DNA from: Squalus acanthias
Lineage: Eukaryota
Length of the DNA stretch: 64,000 bases
NCBI GenBank assembly: GCA_030390025.1
Contig: CM059432.1
Location: 102,178,001 to 102,242,000 of the forward strand
Reading direction: 5' to 3'
The notes beneath the pieces are model-generated. The model searched no databases, had not been told where the DNA came from, and worked only from the letters and a program-made list of their open reading frames with translations. Below, piece after piece: positions 25,006-38,402 of this stretch. The translations under genes were made by a program, and so were the position numbers. Numbering within the stretch: position 1 is the first letter of the stretch; each line of letters opens with the position of its first letter.

Positions 25006-27810
25006 AGGGGAGGGTTAAACTAAGTTGGCAGGGGGATGGGCACCAGGATGTAGCATTAGAAAGGAGAAACAAAGGGCACAAAGGATTGGACGAGACGGAT
25101 AGCGCTAAAGTAAGAAATAGTAAAGTATTAGGTGGGGTCAGACTAATAGAGAACACAGGATGGTCTACAATAGGTTTACAGTGTATGTATGTGAACGCAC
25201 AAAGCATAGTAAACAAGGTGGTGAGCTGTAGGCACAAATAGCCACATGGGAATATGATGTTGTGTCAATAACGGAGACCTGGCTCCAAAAAGGGCAGGAT
25301 TGGGTATTAAATATTCCTGGATATAAGGTGTTCAGGAAAGATAGGAGGTGGTGTGGCAGTATTGGTTAGGGAGAATGTTACAGTGCTGGAGAGAGAGGAT
25401 TTCCTGGAGGGGTCAAGGACAGAATCTATATGGCTAGAGTTAAGAAATAATAGAGGTGCCATTACACTACTAGGTGTATTCTATAGGCCACCAACTAGTG
25501 GGAAAAATATGGAGGAGCAAATTGCAGAGAAATTACAGAGAGATGCAAGAACTACAGAGTAGTAATAATGGGGGACTTCAACTATCCTAATATAGACTGG
25601 GATTGTAATAGTGTTAAGGGCAGAGAGGGGTAAGAATTTCTGAAGTGTGTTCAGGAGAACTTTCTTGATCAGTATGTTTCCGGCCCAACGAGGAAGGAGG
25701 CATTGCTGGATCTGGTTCTGGGGAATAAGGTGGGTCAAGTGGAACAAGTGTCAGTTGGGGAACATTTAGGGATCAGTGATCATAGTATCATAAGGTTTAG
25801 ATTAGCAATGGAAAAGGACAGGGAGCAATCTAGAGTAAAAATACTTCATTGGAGAAAGGCCAGTTTCAGTGGGATGGGAACGGATCTGGCCCGGGTAAAT
25901 TGGAATCAAAGATTGACAGGCAAAACTGTAATGGAACAATGGGCTGCCTTTAAAGAGGAAATAGTTCCGGTATAGTCGAGGTACATTCTCACTAGGGGGA
26001 AAGGTAGGGAAACTAAAGTCACAGCTCCCTGGATGATGAAAGAAATAGAGAGTAAGATGAAGCAGAAAAAGAGCGTGTATGACAGATGTCAGGTCGAGAA
26101 TACATCTGAGAATCAGGCTAAATATAGAAAGTTCAGAGGAGAAGTGAAAAAGAAAATGAGAGGGGCAAAGAGAGGGTATGAGAATAGAATGGCAGCCAGC
26201 ATAAAAGGTAATCCAAAAGTCTTCTATAGGCATATAAATAGTAAACGGGTAGTAAGAGGAGGGGTGAGGCCAATTAGGGACCCAAAAGGAGACCTACACA
26301 TGGAAGCAGAGGGAATGGCTGAGGTGCTAAATGAGTACTTTACATTTGTCTTCACCAAGGAAGAAGATGCTGCCACACACATAGTGAAGGAGGAGGTAAA
26401 GGAGATACTGGATGGGATAAAAATTGATAAAGAGGAGGTACTAGAAAGGTTGGCTGTACTTAAAGTTAATAAGTCACCAGGACCAAATGGGATGCATCCT
26501 AGGACGCTGAGGGAAGTGAAGGAAGAAATCACGGAGGTACTGGCCATAATCTTCCAATCCTCCTTAGAAACAGGGGTGGTGCCAGAGGACTGGAGAATTG
26601 CAAATGTTACACCATTGTTCAAAAAAGGGTGTAAAGATAAACCCAGCAACTACAGGCCAGTCAGTTTAACCTCGGTAGTGGAGAAGCTTTTAGAAACAAT
26701 AATCAGGGACAAAATTAACAGTCACTTGGACAAGTGTGGATTCATTAAGGAAAGCCAGCACGGATTTGTTAAAGGCAAATCGTGTTTAACCAACTTGATT
26801 GAGTTTTCTGATGAGGTAACAGAGAGGGTCGATAAGGGCAATGCGGTTGACATGGTGTACATGGATTTCCAAAAGGTGTTCGACAAAGTGCCACATAATT
26901 GGCTTGCCAGCAAAGTATAAGCCCATGGAATAAAAGGGACAGTGGCAGCATGGATATGGAATTGGCTAAGTGACAGGAAAGAGAGAGTAGTGGTGAACAG
27001 TTGTTTTTCAGACTGGAGGAAGGTATACAGTGGTGTTCCCCAGGGGTTGGTTCTCAGACCACTGTTTTTCTTGATATATATTAATGACTTGGATGTGGGT
27101 GTACAGGGCACAATTTCAAAATTTACAGTTGACACAAAACTTGGAAGTATAGTGAACAGTGAGGAGGATAGTGATAGACTTCAAGAGGACATAGACAGGC
27201 TGGTGGAATGGGTGGACACGTGGCAGATGAAATTTAACGCAGAAAAATGCGAAGTACTACATTTTGGTAGAAAGAATGAAGTGAGGACATAAAAGCTGAA
27301 GGGTGCAATCCTAAAGGGGGTGCATGAACAGAGAGACCAAGGGGTATATGTGCACAAATCGTTGAAGGTGGCAGGCCAGGTTGAGAAAGCAGTTAAAAAA
27401 ACTTACAGGATCCTGGGCTTCATGAATAGCGATATAGAGTACAAAAGCATGGAAATTATGATGAACCTGTACAAAACACTGGTTCGGCCTCAACTGGAGT
27501 ATTGTGCCCAATTCTGGGCACCGCACTTTAGGAAGGATGTGAAGGCCTTAGAGACGGTGCAGAAAAGATTTACGAGAATGATTCCAGGGATGAGGGACTT
27601 CAGTTACGTGGATAGACTGGAGAAGCTGGGGTTGTTCTCCTTAGAGCAGAGAAGATTGAGAGGAGATTTGATAGAGGTGTTCAAAATCATGAGGGGTCTA
27701 GACAGAGTAGATAGAGAGAAACTGTTCCCATTGGCAGAAGGGATGAGAACCAGAGGACACAGATTTAAGGTGATTGGCAAAAGAACCAAAGGCGACATGA
27801 GGAAAAACTT
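25006..27810 (+). mobile_element. CR1 LINE, near-complete ORF2 (APE endonuclease plus RT), several frameshifts and stops, lacks 3' UTR
   Basis: Endonuclease motifs YVNAQS, ITETW, GVFYRPP, MGDFN, LDLVL, SDH; RT ORFs 26033-26920, 26942-27292, 27320-27810. Confidence 0.96.
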
Positions 27811-27928
27811 GAGGAAAAACATTCCTGCTCCTCCTGAACCCACAAAAATCTTAACAACAAAAAAACTTTATTTTGCGAAAGGCCTCCAACCGTCCATTTA
27901 AGGGCCACCGATTAGACCTCATTGCCTG

Positions 27929-29228
27929 GAACATAGGAACATAGGAACAGAAGTAGGCCATTCGAGCCTTTTCCACCATCCAATGAGATCATGGCTGATC
28001 TGCGACCTAACTCCTTACACCCGCCTTTGGCCCATATCCCTTAATAGTTTGTGTCATCTCTCCTTGTATTTTAACGCCTGGTGTCCGGCTATCATTTTGG
28101 TAAACCTACGCTGCACTCCCTCCAAGGCAAATATATCCTTCTTAAGGTGTGGTGCCCAGGACTGCTCACGGTACTCCGGATGTGGTCTAACCAGGGTTTT
28201 GTATAGCTGCAGCATAACTTCTACCCCCTAGTATTGTAGTCCTCTAAATATAAAGGCCAGCATTCCATTAGCCTTTTTGATTATTTTCTGTACCTGTTCA
28301 TGACATTTTAATGATCTATGTACCTGAACCCCCAAGTCTCTTTGGACCTCCACTGTTTTTAGCTTTTCACCATTTAGAAAGTACCCTGTTCTATCCTTTT
28401 TAGGTCCAAAGTGGTTGATCTCACATTTGTTTACATTGAAATTCATTTGCCACAGTTTTGCCCATTCACTTAATCCCTTTGTAATTTTTTGCTTTCATCT
28501 ACACTGACTACAATGTCGGCTATCTTTGTGTCATCGGCAAATTTGGATATAAGGCTTTCTATGCCATCATCTAAGTCGTTAATAAATACTGTGAATAGTT
28601 GAGGCCCCAACACAGATCCCTGCAGGACACCACTAGGCACATCCTGCCAATTTGAGTACCTACCCATTATCCCTATTCTCTGTCTCCTGACGCTCAGCCA
28701 ATTTTCTAACGAGATCAATAAATTGCCTTCAATTCCATGGGATTCTACCTTAGTTAACAATCTCTTCTGTGGGACTTTATTAAATACCTTCTGGAAGCCC
28801 ATATAAATAACATCCTTAGACATTCCCCTGTCCACTACTTTAGTCACCTCCTCAAAAAATTCAATCAGGTTTGGCAGGCATGACTTACCTTTCACAAATC
28901 CATGCTGGCTCTCTCTGATCAACTGAAAATTTTTGAGGTGTTCAGCCACCCTATCCTTAATTATAGACTCTAGTAATTTCTCAACAACAGATGTTAGGCT
29001 AACTGCTCTATAATTCCCTGGTTTCCTCTCTCGCCATTCTTAAATAGCAGAGTGACATGCTCAATTTTCCAATCTAAAAGAACAGTTCCTGAATCGAGAG
29101 GACTTTGGAAGATTAGAGTTAGGGCATCTGCAATGTGTGCACCTACTTCCTTTAAAACCCTGGGATGGAAACCATCTGGTCCTGGGGACTTGTCACTCTT
29201 CAGTGCCATTATTTTCTTCATTACTGTT
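27929..29228 (-). mobile_element. CR1 LINE, internally deleted
   Basis: (GAACATAG)n tail at 27929; ORFs 28228-28446, 28470-28949 (SQHGFVKGKSC..QGSVLGPQLF..KFADDTK), 28994-29221. Confidence 0.93.
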
Positions 29229-29805
29229 ATTGGAGAAATGGATCTGATGTGGGTTGTGCATGCTTTGCAAATTGCTCTTTGAAAGTTGCAATCGGTATCC
29301 TACAACACGCACAGGATCCCGATTTGTATATCTAAATAGCCTCTCACTTGTTATGGGCGGGCTGCTGTGATTCCCATTTAAAGGCTGTCTGAAAGTTGAT
29401 TCAGGCAGGCAAATGGATGCACCAGACTTTCAACTGTTGGGCGGCCATTTTTCAGTTGAGAAACAAGTGGCCGAAAGTTGAAAAATACATCATTGCATTT
29501 GATTTTCACTGTGGAGATAGACTTAAAGCACATAGCATCTATTTTTGTCTGATTATATATGTATTAAACAGAGCTGGGCACAGAACCACAGGGGACCACC
29601 TATACGCATCTCAATCAAAAGTAAAGAAATTAGGGTTTCTCGAGGTATTCAACAAAGAGAACTCTGTTCCAAATATTGCTTCTTTTCCAGAAAGCCTGAA
29701 GTGTAAGCTGATAAAATAACAGACTTCATATCCTGAATTTTCAGAAATTCATGCATATCTAATAGATTGCAAGTTGCTTCAGATAAGTTTTTCTGAAAAG
29801 CATAT

Positions 29806-30030
29806 AGGCCCAGAAATTGCGGTCAGCGGCGTAGCTATGGAGTACGCTGCCGACCTGCAAAAAGAATACGAATGTACCTGATGGGGGCCCTCCTTCGTGA
29901 ACTTGCCCTCTGACGCTGCGTACTTGAGGGCAGCGCAATGGCCCACGGATCCCAGGGGCGCAGCGTGTGCGGAAGCATGGCTGGAATCACGGAGGTCTGG
30001 TGCTCCAATCAGTACACCAAAGGGAAAGTG
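29806..30030. mobile_element. MITE terminal fragment
   Basis: GGCCCAGAAATTGCGGTC terminus resembles the reverse complement of the 63835 end; CpG-rich. Confidence 0.5.
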
Positions 30031-30986
30031 TCTACCTCCAATACTGGTAACTTTCATTCGATTGCATTTCACTCGATGTATTTCCAGAATAATTATAAGG
30101 ACTAGGTGAATAAATAGTTTCAAAATGACCCACTCTCTCTCTCTCTCTTCCTCACACAGAACTACCTAAAAATTATTTGGAATTTAGGAATTAGAGTTCT
30201 GATAAATCATTGAAGCTCAGTGAAAGTTCATATAAAATAGCATGGGCAGGTGACACAAACATAAATACAACAGAGCCCAAACAAAGATCTGAAAAATCTG
30301 TACATTAATCATTGGAGGTTTTTTGGACAGTTTTACAATTCATTACAATTCATTCCGGAGCTAATAGAATGAGTAACTGTCTCTATCTAATCCCCTTACG
30401 CTGATGCAAACAGGCCCTTAGCCTGTTTACATCAACCGTAAAATTTTCGGATGTAATTGCTGGGCAGTTGGTGGGCAATTAGCCCAACTCTGTGCCAGCA
30501 ATTGGGATTTCCAAGGCGGTGCGGATCATTTGTCAAGACGTATCATGACAGTTTGCATGCAGAAATCCCAAACTTGCAGGCAATTTCAAAGGCGGTATGA
30601 CATCACACCCACAGCAAAATCTGCCCCATATACTTGGCAGGTCACGTATATAAATATGAAAATAATGAAAAATGTGGTTCATAAATTTTTCACAGCTGAT
30701 TTATTTGTTCATATGTTGAATAAATTTCTGGCAGCCAATTTACTGAGCTATTTTATTCCAATCAGATTAATCAGCTATTAGATGTTGATAGCTAATTATT
30801 AAGGGCTGAATTTTCACAATATTTGAGACACTGAGTTTTTTTTCTGGGAAGCGACCATTTTAATTTATTTTTTCTTTGTCACCAAAATATTTTATTTCCG
30901 CAGTCTTACTTTTAAAACACAACATTTTCTCCTTCTGTTCAACTCCCATATCACATATCAGGGCATGTTTTGCAGGGCCAGCTCTT

Positions 30987-31497
30987 AAGAAAGAAAGTAA
31001 GAAAGAAAGACTTACATTTTATACAGCAACTTTCATGACCTCAGGACGTCCCAAAACAATTTACAGCCAATTAAGTACTTTCTTGAAGTGTAGTCACTGT
31101 GGTAATGTAAGAAACGAGGCAGCCAATTTGCACTCAGCAAGCTTCCATAAACAGCAATGTGATAAGGACCGGATAATCACTTTTTTAGTGATATTGATTG
31201 AGGGATAAATATTGGCCAAAACAACTTGGAGATTGGAGAACTTCCCTGCTCTTCTTCAAAATAGTGTCATGGGATCTTTTACGTCCACCTGAGAGAGAAG
31301 GCGTTGCCTCGGTTTGAGGTCTCATCCTAAAGACAGCACCACTGACAGTGCAGCACCCCTGACAGTGCAGCACCCCCTCGGTATTGCACTGGAGTGTCAG
31401 CCTGGATTTTGTGCTCAAGTCCCTTGCAGTGGGACTTGAACCCACAACCATCTGACTCAAGAGGTGAGAGTGTTACCCACTGAGCCACGGCTGACAC
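30987..31497 (-). mobile_element. tRNA-headed Deu-domain SINE (SacSINE1-like), full length
   Basis: Reverse strand GTGTCAGCCGTGGCTCAGTGG (A box), GGTTCAAGTCC (B box), GGCCAATATTTATCCCTCAA core, (TTTC)n tail; homologous to 50810-53405. Confidence 0.85.
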
Positions 31498-32071
31498 TGA
31501 AGCAGCTATGTGCTCGCTGAAACAGCCCAAGGCTGGCCTCATGCAACTTCTTGAGGTCAGTCCTATTTCATATTGAGAGCAAGCTCGGATTGGGTCTGCT
31601 GGTCGGAGCTCATTATCAGTGGAGGTCTGGAATTTGTATGAAACTGCAGCACTTAAAGGCCATGGTGGCTATTTAAAGGAATGTGGTCAGTGAGGAAATT
31701 ACTGGCCAGTATTACTACAAAAAAATTATGATTTAAGATGACAGAACCTCCTTTTCCAGATGTTGTGTTGCTTTTGCTGGAAGTGTGGCAAAGGAATGCC
31801 CGACATGATGCATCTGTGCATCGCATATTGACTGACGTTGATATTTCCTCTGGTTTATTGGAATAAGCCTGAGGCATATAAAAAAATCAGAGCTGCAGTG
31901 ACTGTGACTGCCATTGGTAGTTCTGTCCGTGTGGTGTAAAATAAAAATTGCACAATACTTTTGTGCTGGTTTTGTAAAGCATAACACGAGGATAAAAAAC
32001 TTGGATATTCCAACATCCTTGACCAACATTATTTTCTTGCTATTGAGGACTGGAAATGTCCAAATAGTTTT

Positions 32072-32340
32072 GGCCCTGAATTCACGGTGGGTATGATGGT
32101 GAACTCTGAGAGTATGCCGTCATACTGCCTTTCAAATTGACCACAAGTTCGGGATTTCTGCACACGCTTGCACATGTGCTAAATCCCGAACTTGCGATCT
32201 GTCAAGTTCTGACTGCACATCGACTTTGCTGCATGTTTCACTTCCTCATTAACATAAACATGCTGGCGAAAAGTTGAAATAATTGCCCACCTACTGCGCA
32301 TTAATTACCCTGAAAACTTCTAGGTCTGGTGCAAAAAAGG
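32072..32340. mobile_element. MITE fragment
   Basis: GGCCCTGAATT terminus; GAACTTGCGATCTGTCAAG shared with 63210-63228. Confidence 0.55.
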
Positions 32341-32712
32341 CACAGGAAGCACAGTGTAAGGGGAGGGGGGATGAGAAAATTGTATTAATGTTGAGCTAGG
32401 TTTATGCTACAGTCCATAACAATGAGGTGCTGGTTTGTTTCTGAGCAGATATAAACTTTGAAGAAACTTTTATTTGTTCGAGCTTGAAAACAGGGCCTTT
32501 TTTGTGTCACTGTCTTTGCTGCCCAAAAGCATTTTGTAGTTTCAGATTAATTATTTCCCAACTTCTATTTAGTTAGGACTTAATGCACTTTCATGATTTC
32601 CTCATGTTACCAGACATTTAAACTCTCGATTTTAGATTATTTAAATTAATCAAAAGTTAGCTAGTCTAATAGAGGAGAAACAATTTCAATAGGACTATAG
32701 GACTGTAATTAT

Positions 32713-34438
32713 GGCTGTGATTTTGCCAGCGGAGGCGGGATCGCGGGGGGAGAGATGGTTGGCAGGTTCCGGTCCCGTTCCCAGCTGCAGCCACTCTGTG
32801 AAAAGGATTTTCCTGCGGGATTCCAGCCATTTAAACGGAAGCGAGTCTGATGACCTCATTTGATGATGCGTCATCAGCCGGTTTCCTTAAAGGGACCATG
32901 GCCTCATTCATTTTGACAGTTGTGCTTTCAGTGTTCTACAGCATTGAGGTGCTGCAAACACTGACAAGCACGGCTGCACCCAGGCTCTCTCATGAATCCC
33001 TCCAAATGCTTATGGAGGGATTCACAGCACACAGGGAGGTTCTCTTCTCTTCCAAGGGCGGAAGAGACCTCCCCAGGACACCAACGCAGCCTGGTTGCAC
33101 ATTGCACAGGAGGGCAAAAGCAGGGATGTCATCAGGAGGACCTGGCTGCAGTCGCACAAACCTTTCAATGATCTCAGTAGATCACGAAACGTTACTGCAA
33201 AGCCACACTCAACCTCATCCTGCTGTGCCACTCATCACATCCCTATCACTCTGCCTTCCCTACCCTACTCCTGCACATCCTCACTCACACCAACTTACCT
33301 TGCACCTCCACCCATCCCTCTCTATCTAAATTATCACTTCCCCATCTCACTAGCCACCCCTCACACTCACCCTCATCCGAGTCCAATCATATCAACTAAC
33401 AACACACAAGGGTAGGCACTTGGGTGTTTTATGCAATGTTCATGTAAATTTTCTGTTAATGTGTTGTCAAACTTGAGATCTTTATTCTCAACACTTTGCC
33501 TTATTGTACAGGTCTGTGCTCACCTTTGGAAGTGTCTTAGTGAGTTCCAGTGAATGGTGAGACATAACAGTATACCCACAATAGTGATGAGTGTGAAAGG
33601 AATAGCTTGGTCATTTTAGGAATGCTTTATGGTGCTGGTGTGGGGTGGTGTTAACCTGGTGCCAGGGTGTACAGCATCAAGTAAAGTAAATCTGGCCACA
33701 GTGATCGCTGGCCTCCTGGGCAGCAATGTTGTCAGGTGCTGATGCCCTGTGTCCTGTGCAGCATCAGGTGATTGTGGAGAAGGTTACTATTGTTGTTGGT
33801 GATGTTGGTGTGCCTGGTGATGTTGGTGTTGGGGCTGATCGTGGAGGGATTCAGAGGACCAAGGTGAGATTTTTTCAAGGGCACCAATGTTACTGGAATA
33901 GATGGCAGCTGAAGTTGAGATGACAGAAGCGATCTGTCAATGGTGAGAGAGCTTGCTCCAAGGAGGTGACAGTGGATAGAGAGTTTACTCCAAACATTTC
34001 CAAACTGCAAACAGCTCAAAAGTGTCTTCCAAGTCCTGAAGGCTCAAGCTTCCGACATTGGAAAGTGACCAGCTGTGAAATGGTAGCTTTCATACCACTT
34101 TTGCAGCTGTCAACTGTTCACAACAATGGGGAGATATAGAAAACCCAACCTACTTACCTGACGTGATCTCTGAACGACGGGAACCCCGTTAAAAATGTGG
34201 TAAAATAGAAAAAGGCTGGCAAAATAGTGGTTAACAAGCACTTAACACGCAGTTAAGTATCTTAAATGCCTCCCCCGCTGCTTGGTATCAGGTCTGTTCT
34301 GAAATCGCAGACCCGACACTTTGGAAACTTACATGGAGGCGGGTTCGCAGCGGGGTCCCAACCCACTGTCAATCATTTCGATTTTGACAGCGGGCCCGCC
34401 TCCAAACCAGCACTCTGAGCGCCGGCAAAATTCAGCCC
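32713..34438 (+). mobile_element. Non-autonomous PIF/Harbinger deletion derivative, copy B
   Basis: TIRs GGCTGTGATTTTGCCAGCG / CGCCGGCAAAATTCAGCCC, TSD TAT; Myb/SANT remnant AAPRLSHESLQMLMEG..AAWLHIAQEGKSRDVIRRTWLQSHKPFNDLSR. Confidence 0.88.
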
Positions 34439-34741
34439 TATATGTTTATGTTGTCATGGCCCAGAATTAAAGGGCCACTGTTAATTCAGCTGTATGCTTT
34501 GTATAATAAGCATCCTAATCGAGATTTATGGTTTTAAGGACACCTTCAGTAAAAAGTACCTCAAGACTTTTCAGTGTTTCATCGCATTCTATTAATGTTG
34601 AAATCTTGGTTTGTGTATTAAATACTATTGCAATGATAATTTATTAATAAAATAGCATTTCTGGCTGCTAAATTATTTAAAATGAGTTGTGGGAATATCA
34701 GCAATCTCCTCTGTTTCCTGATTGGCTAAGATTCAGGACTT

Positions 34742-35461
34742 CTTTTTTATTTGTTTGTGGGATGTGGGCATCACTGGCAAGGCCAGCATTTATTGCCCAT
34801 CCCTAGTTGCCCTCCAGAAGGTGGTGGTGAGCTGCCTTCTTGAACCGCTGCAGTCCATGTGATGAAGGTACTCCCACAGTGCTGTTAGGTAGGGAGTTCC
34901 AGGATTTTGACCCAGCGACGATGAATGATCGGCAATATATTTCTAAGTCAGGATGGTGTGTGACTTGGAGGGGAACTTGGAGGTGGTGGTATTCCCATGC
35001 GCCTGCTGCCCTTGCCCTTCTAGGTGGAAGATGTCGCGGGTTTGGGAGGTGCTGCAGAAGAAGCCTTGGTGAGTTGCTGCAGTGCATCTTGTAGATGGTA
35101 CACACTGCAGCCACGGTATGCCGATGGTGGAGGGAGTGAATGTTTAAGATGGTGGATGGGGTGCCAATCAAACGGGCTGCTTTGTCCTGTATGGTGTCAA
35201 GCTTCTTGAGTGTTGTTTGAAGCTGCACTCATCCAGGCAAGTGGAGTGTATTCCATCACACTCCAGCCTTGTGCCTTGTAGATGGTGGAAAGGCTTTGAG
35301 GAGTCAGGAGGTGAGACACTCGCTGCAGAATACCTAGCCTCTGACCTGCTCTTGTTGCCACAGTATTTATGTGGCTGGTCCAGTTAAGTTTCTGGTTAAT
35401 GGTGACCCCCAGGATGTTGATGGTGGGGGATTCGGCGATGGTAATGCCGTTGAATGTCAAG
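34742..35461 (-). mobile_element. CR1/L2-group (Crack/Daphne-like) LINE 3' fragment
   Basis: ORFs 35197-35505 (INILGVTINQKLNWTSHI..IYKAQ..MEY) and 34803-35228 (QDKAARLI..SLHHR..SF..WNSLP..FK); 3' UTR with AATAAA and A-rich end. Confidence 0.8.
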
Positions 35462-36351
35462 AAATGAAATGAAAGGAGCTCCACCTCAAGTGATCCCAGG
35501 TTCACTTCTACACAACGGTGCGCTCCTGGGATCTGTGGGGCACTACGTTGTGCACAACTCTGATGTGTTTGAAAGCATCGTTCTGAATTGGGTTTGCATG
35601 GGTTAAGTACAGATTTAGTTTGGATGTCGGCGGCCTACACCTTAGCTACGCAGCCGATCGAGAATTCAGGGCCATTGTTTCTAAGGTAATCCCCAATTCT
35701 ACATTCTTCTACAGAGTATGGCCGTGAAATTCGGCTCCTTTGCGCCTGCCGGGGGCACTAATGGGGCGCAAAAGGCTTATCGCCCGGGCGGGGGCAAGCG
35801 CGCCCCCAAAACATTCGAGGGGGCGCTACTGAGGTGCTAGCTGATAGCGCCGCGCCCCCTCCGGTAACGCATTGAGCCGCTGCGCCGCCGGCGATAACAT
35901 CATCGCCATGCGCCACGACCCCTTAGCACCCTGCTGCGACCCCCTACCGCTCTGCGACAGAAATTCGGCTGCGCCCCGCGAGGCAGCTGCGAGCGGTGTC
36001 AGCGCCAGCCTCACGGGTCGTGAGCCGGGCTGACCTCTGCTCACGGGGCGCTAGTTAAAGGGAGGTGCTGCCGCGACCCACGCCTCCATTTCCATGGTGG
36101 CCCTTGGCATGGTCCGTGCCCACCATCGTGCAGCCCGGCACCGCATTTCGGTGCCGGGCTGCAGCCACGACACCATGCCACCCTGGTGGGCTAGTGTGGA
36201 CCATCAGAGGCCCTGTAGAGCTCGCAGCGTCCCTCCCCTTTAACGGAAAGGGAGGGGTGCTGAAACACGTCAGCGCTATGCGGAGCGGCTGCAGAGCGCT
36301 CCAGCGCTACCACACTTTAGGCCCCCGACACCGCCCTGAGAGGAAGTTGAG

Positions 36352-38020
36352 TTGGTAATAATTTTCAAAACTCCCTGGATTCCGCTAAGGTCCCGGCAGA
36401 CTGGAAAACTGCTAATGTAACACCCTTATTTAAAAAGGGCAGTAGACAGAAGGCTGGTAACTATAGACCGGTTAGCCTAACATCTGTGGTAGGTAAAATT
36501 TTGGAGTCCATTATTAAGGAAACAGTAACAGGACATTTGGATAATCATAATTTAATAGGACAAAGTCAGCATGGTTTTACGAAGGGGAAGTCATGTTTGA
36601 CAAATTTGCTGGAGTTCTTTGAGGAAGTAACATATAGAGTGGATAAAGGGGAACCAGTGGACGTAGTGTATTTAGACTTCCAAAAGGCATTTGACAAGGT
36701 GCCACACAAAAGATTATTGCTTAAGGTAAAAAATCACGGGATTGGGGGTAATATTCTGGCATGGATAGAGGATTGGCTATCTAACAGAAAGCAAAGAGTT
36801 GGGATAAATGGTTCATTCTCAGACTGGCAATCAGTAACTAGTGGTGTTCCACAGGGGTCAGTGCTGGGTCCCCAACTCTTTACAATCTATATTAACGATT
36901 TGGAGGAAGGGACCAAGTGTAACATTTCAAAATTTGCAGATGATACAAAGATGGGAGGGAAAGTAGTGAGTGAGGAGGACATAAAAAACCTGCAAGGGGA
37001 CATAGACAGGCTAAGTAAGTGGGCAGAGATTTGGCAGATGGAATACAACACTGGAAAGTGTGAGGTGATGCACTTTGGCAGGAAAAATCCTAGAGCAACT
37101 TATTATCTTAATGGCAAGAAACTGGAGAGTACTGAAGTGCAAAGGGATCTGGGGGTCCTGGTGCACGAAACTCAAAAGGTTAGTATGCAGGTGCAGCAAG
37201 TGATTAAGAAGGCAAATGGAATGTTGGCTTTCATTGCTAGGGGGATAGAATATAAAAATAGGGAGGTATTGCTTCAGTTGTACAAGGTATTGGTGAGACC
37301 GCACCTGGAATACTGCATACAGTTTTGGTGTCCTTACTTAAGGAAAGACATCCTTGCTCTCGAGGCAGTGCAAAAAAGGTTCACTCGGTTAATCCCGGGG
37401 ATGAGGGGGTGGTCATATGAGGAGAGGTTGGGTAGATTGGGACTCTACTCATTGGAGTTCAGAAGAATGAGAGGCGATCTTATTGAAACATATAAGATTG
37501 TGAAGGGGTTGGATCGGGTGGATGCGGGGAGGATGTTCCCGATGACGGGTGAGACTAGAACTAGGGGACATAGTCTTAGAATAAGGGGCTGCTCTTTCAA
37601 AACTGAGATGAGGAGGAACTACTTCACTCAGAGGGTGGTAGGTCCATGGAATATGCTGCCACAAAAAGCTGTAGAAGCTACATCATTAAATAAATTTAAA
37701 ACAGAAATAGACAGTTTCCTAGAAGTAAAGGGCATTAAGGGTTACGGGGAGCGGGCAGGAATTTGGACATGAGTCTAGGTTCGGATCCGGTCATGGCCCT
37801 GTGGGTAGTGGAGCGGGCCCAGGGACCGTGTAGCCTGATTCTGCTCCTATTTCGTGTGTGCAATTCTGTTAGATGCAGGAGATGGTTCTGTGATAGATAG
37901 TAGATTGGCGGTTAGGATCAGATCAGCCATGATCTTATTGAATGGCGGAGCAGGCTCGAGGGGCCGATTGGCCTACTCCTGCTCCTATTTCTTATGTTCT
38001 TATGTTCTTATGTTCTTATG
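36352..38020 (+). mobile_element. Young 5'-truncated CR1 LINE
   Basis: Uninterrupted RT frame, complete 3' UTR and (TTCTTATG)4 tail. Confidence 0.96.
36486..37772 (+). CDS. CR1 ORF2 reverse transcriptase, partial (428 aa open frame)
   Basis: SQHGF, YLDFQKAFDKVPH, GVPQGSVLGP, KFADDTK, DLGV, RGH, WN; no endonuclease domain, so not autonomous. Confidence 0.85.
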   Translation: MVGKILESIIKETVTGHLDNHNLIGQSQHGFTKGKSCLTNLLEFFEEVTYRVDKGEPVDVVYLDFQKAFDKVPHKRLLLKVKNHGIGGNILAWIEDWLSNRKQRVGINGSFSDWQSVTSGVPQGSVLGPQLFTIYINDLEEGTKCNISKFADDTKMGGKVVSEEDIKNLQGDIDRLSKWAEIWQMEYNTGKCEVMHFGRKNPRATYYLNGKKLESTEVQRDLGVLVHETQKVSMQVQQVIKKANGMLAFIARGIEYKNREVLLQLYKVLVRPHLEYCIQFWCPYLRKDILALEAVQKRFTRLIPGMRGWSYEERLGRLGLYSLEFRRMRGDLIETYKIVKGLDRVDAGRMFPMTGETRTRGHSLRIRGCSFKTEMRRNYFTQRVVGPWNMLPQKAVEATSLNKFKTEIDSFLEVKGIKGYGERAGIWT

Positions 38021-38402
38021 AGTGCCCGAGATCGTGCTCTGCTTCCTTGCCGGGGCGGTAAGCCGAATTTAGCGGCCGGGGCGGTACTTCGGTGTGGAAT
38101 TTCGCCCCCTGTACGTTAACGATATCTCAGACAGAAAAACTATTGAAATCAATTATTTTCTTACGTCAGTTATTTCTGGACAGCCAATCACATAGGGGGA
38201 TAATTTTACCCCCAAAAACGGGTGGAGTGGGCGTCAGGTGGGAGGTTAAAGTGTTAGAAAACTGAATCCAAACCCAAACCCGCCTCCAACCCACCCACTT
38301 CCGGTTTTAACAGAGGCGGGATGGGGGGCGGGCAGCCAACCCACTCCAAGGAGGTGGGTCACCTATTTAAATATTATGATAAGGCTGGCATTCCTCATGG
38401 TG

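Larger units (their letters stand above)
35720..38109. mobile_element. GC-rich MITE split by CR1 (halves 35720-36351 and 38021-38109)
   Basis: Ends GGCCGTGAAATTC / GAATTTCGCCCCC; body resembles 22757-23443; GAGT at both CR1 junctions. Confidence 0.75.

Noticed and set aside
36486..37772. Retron, DGR or group II intron reverse transcriptase
   Set aside because: Motifs, 3' UTR and octamer tail are those of vertebrate CR1
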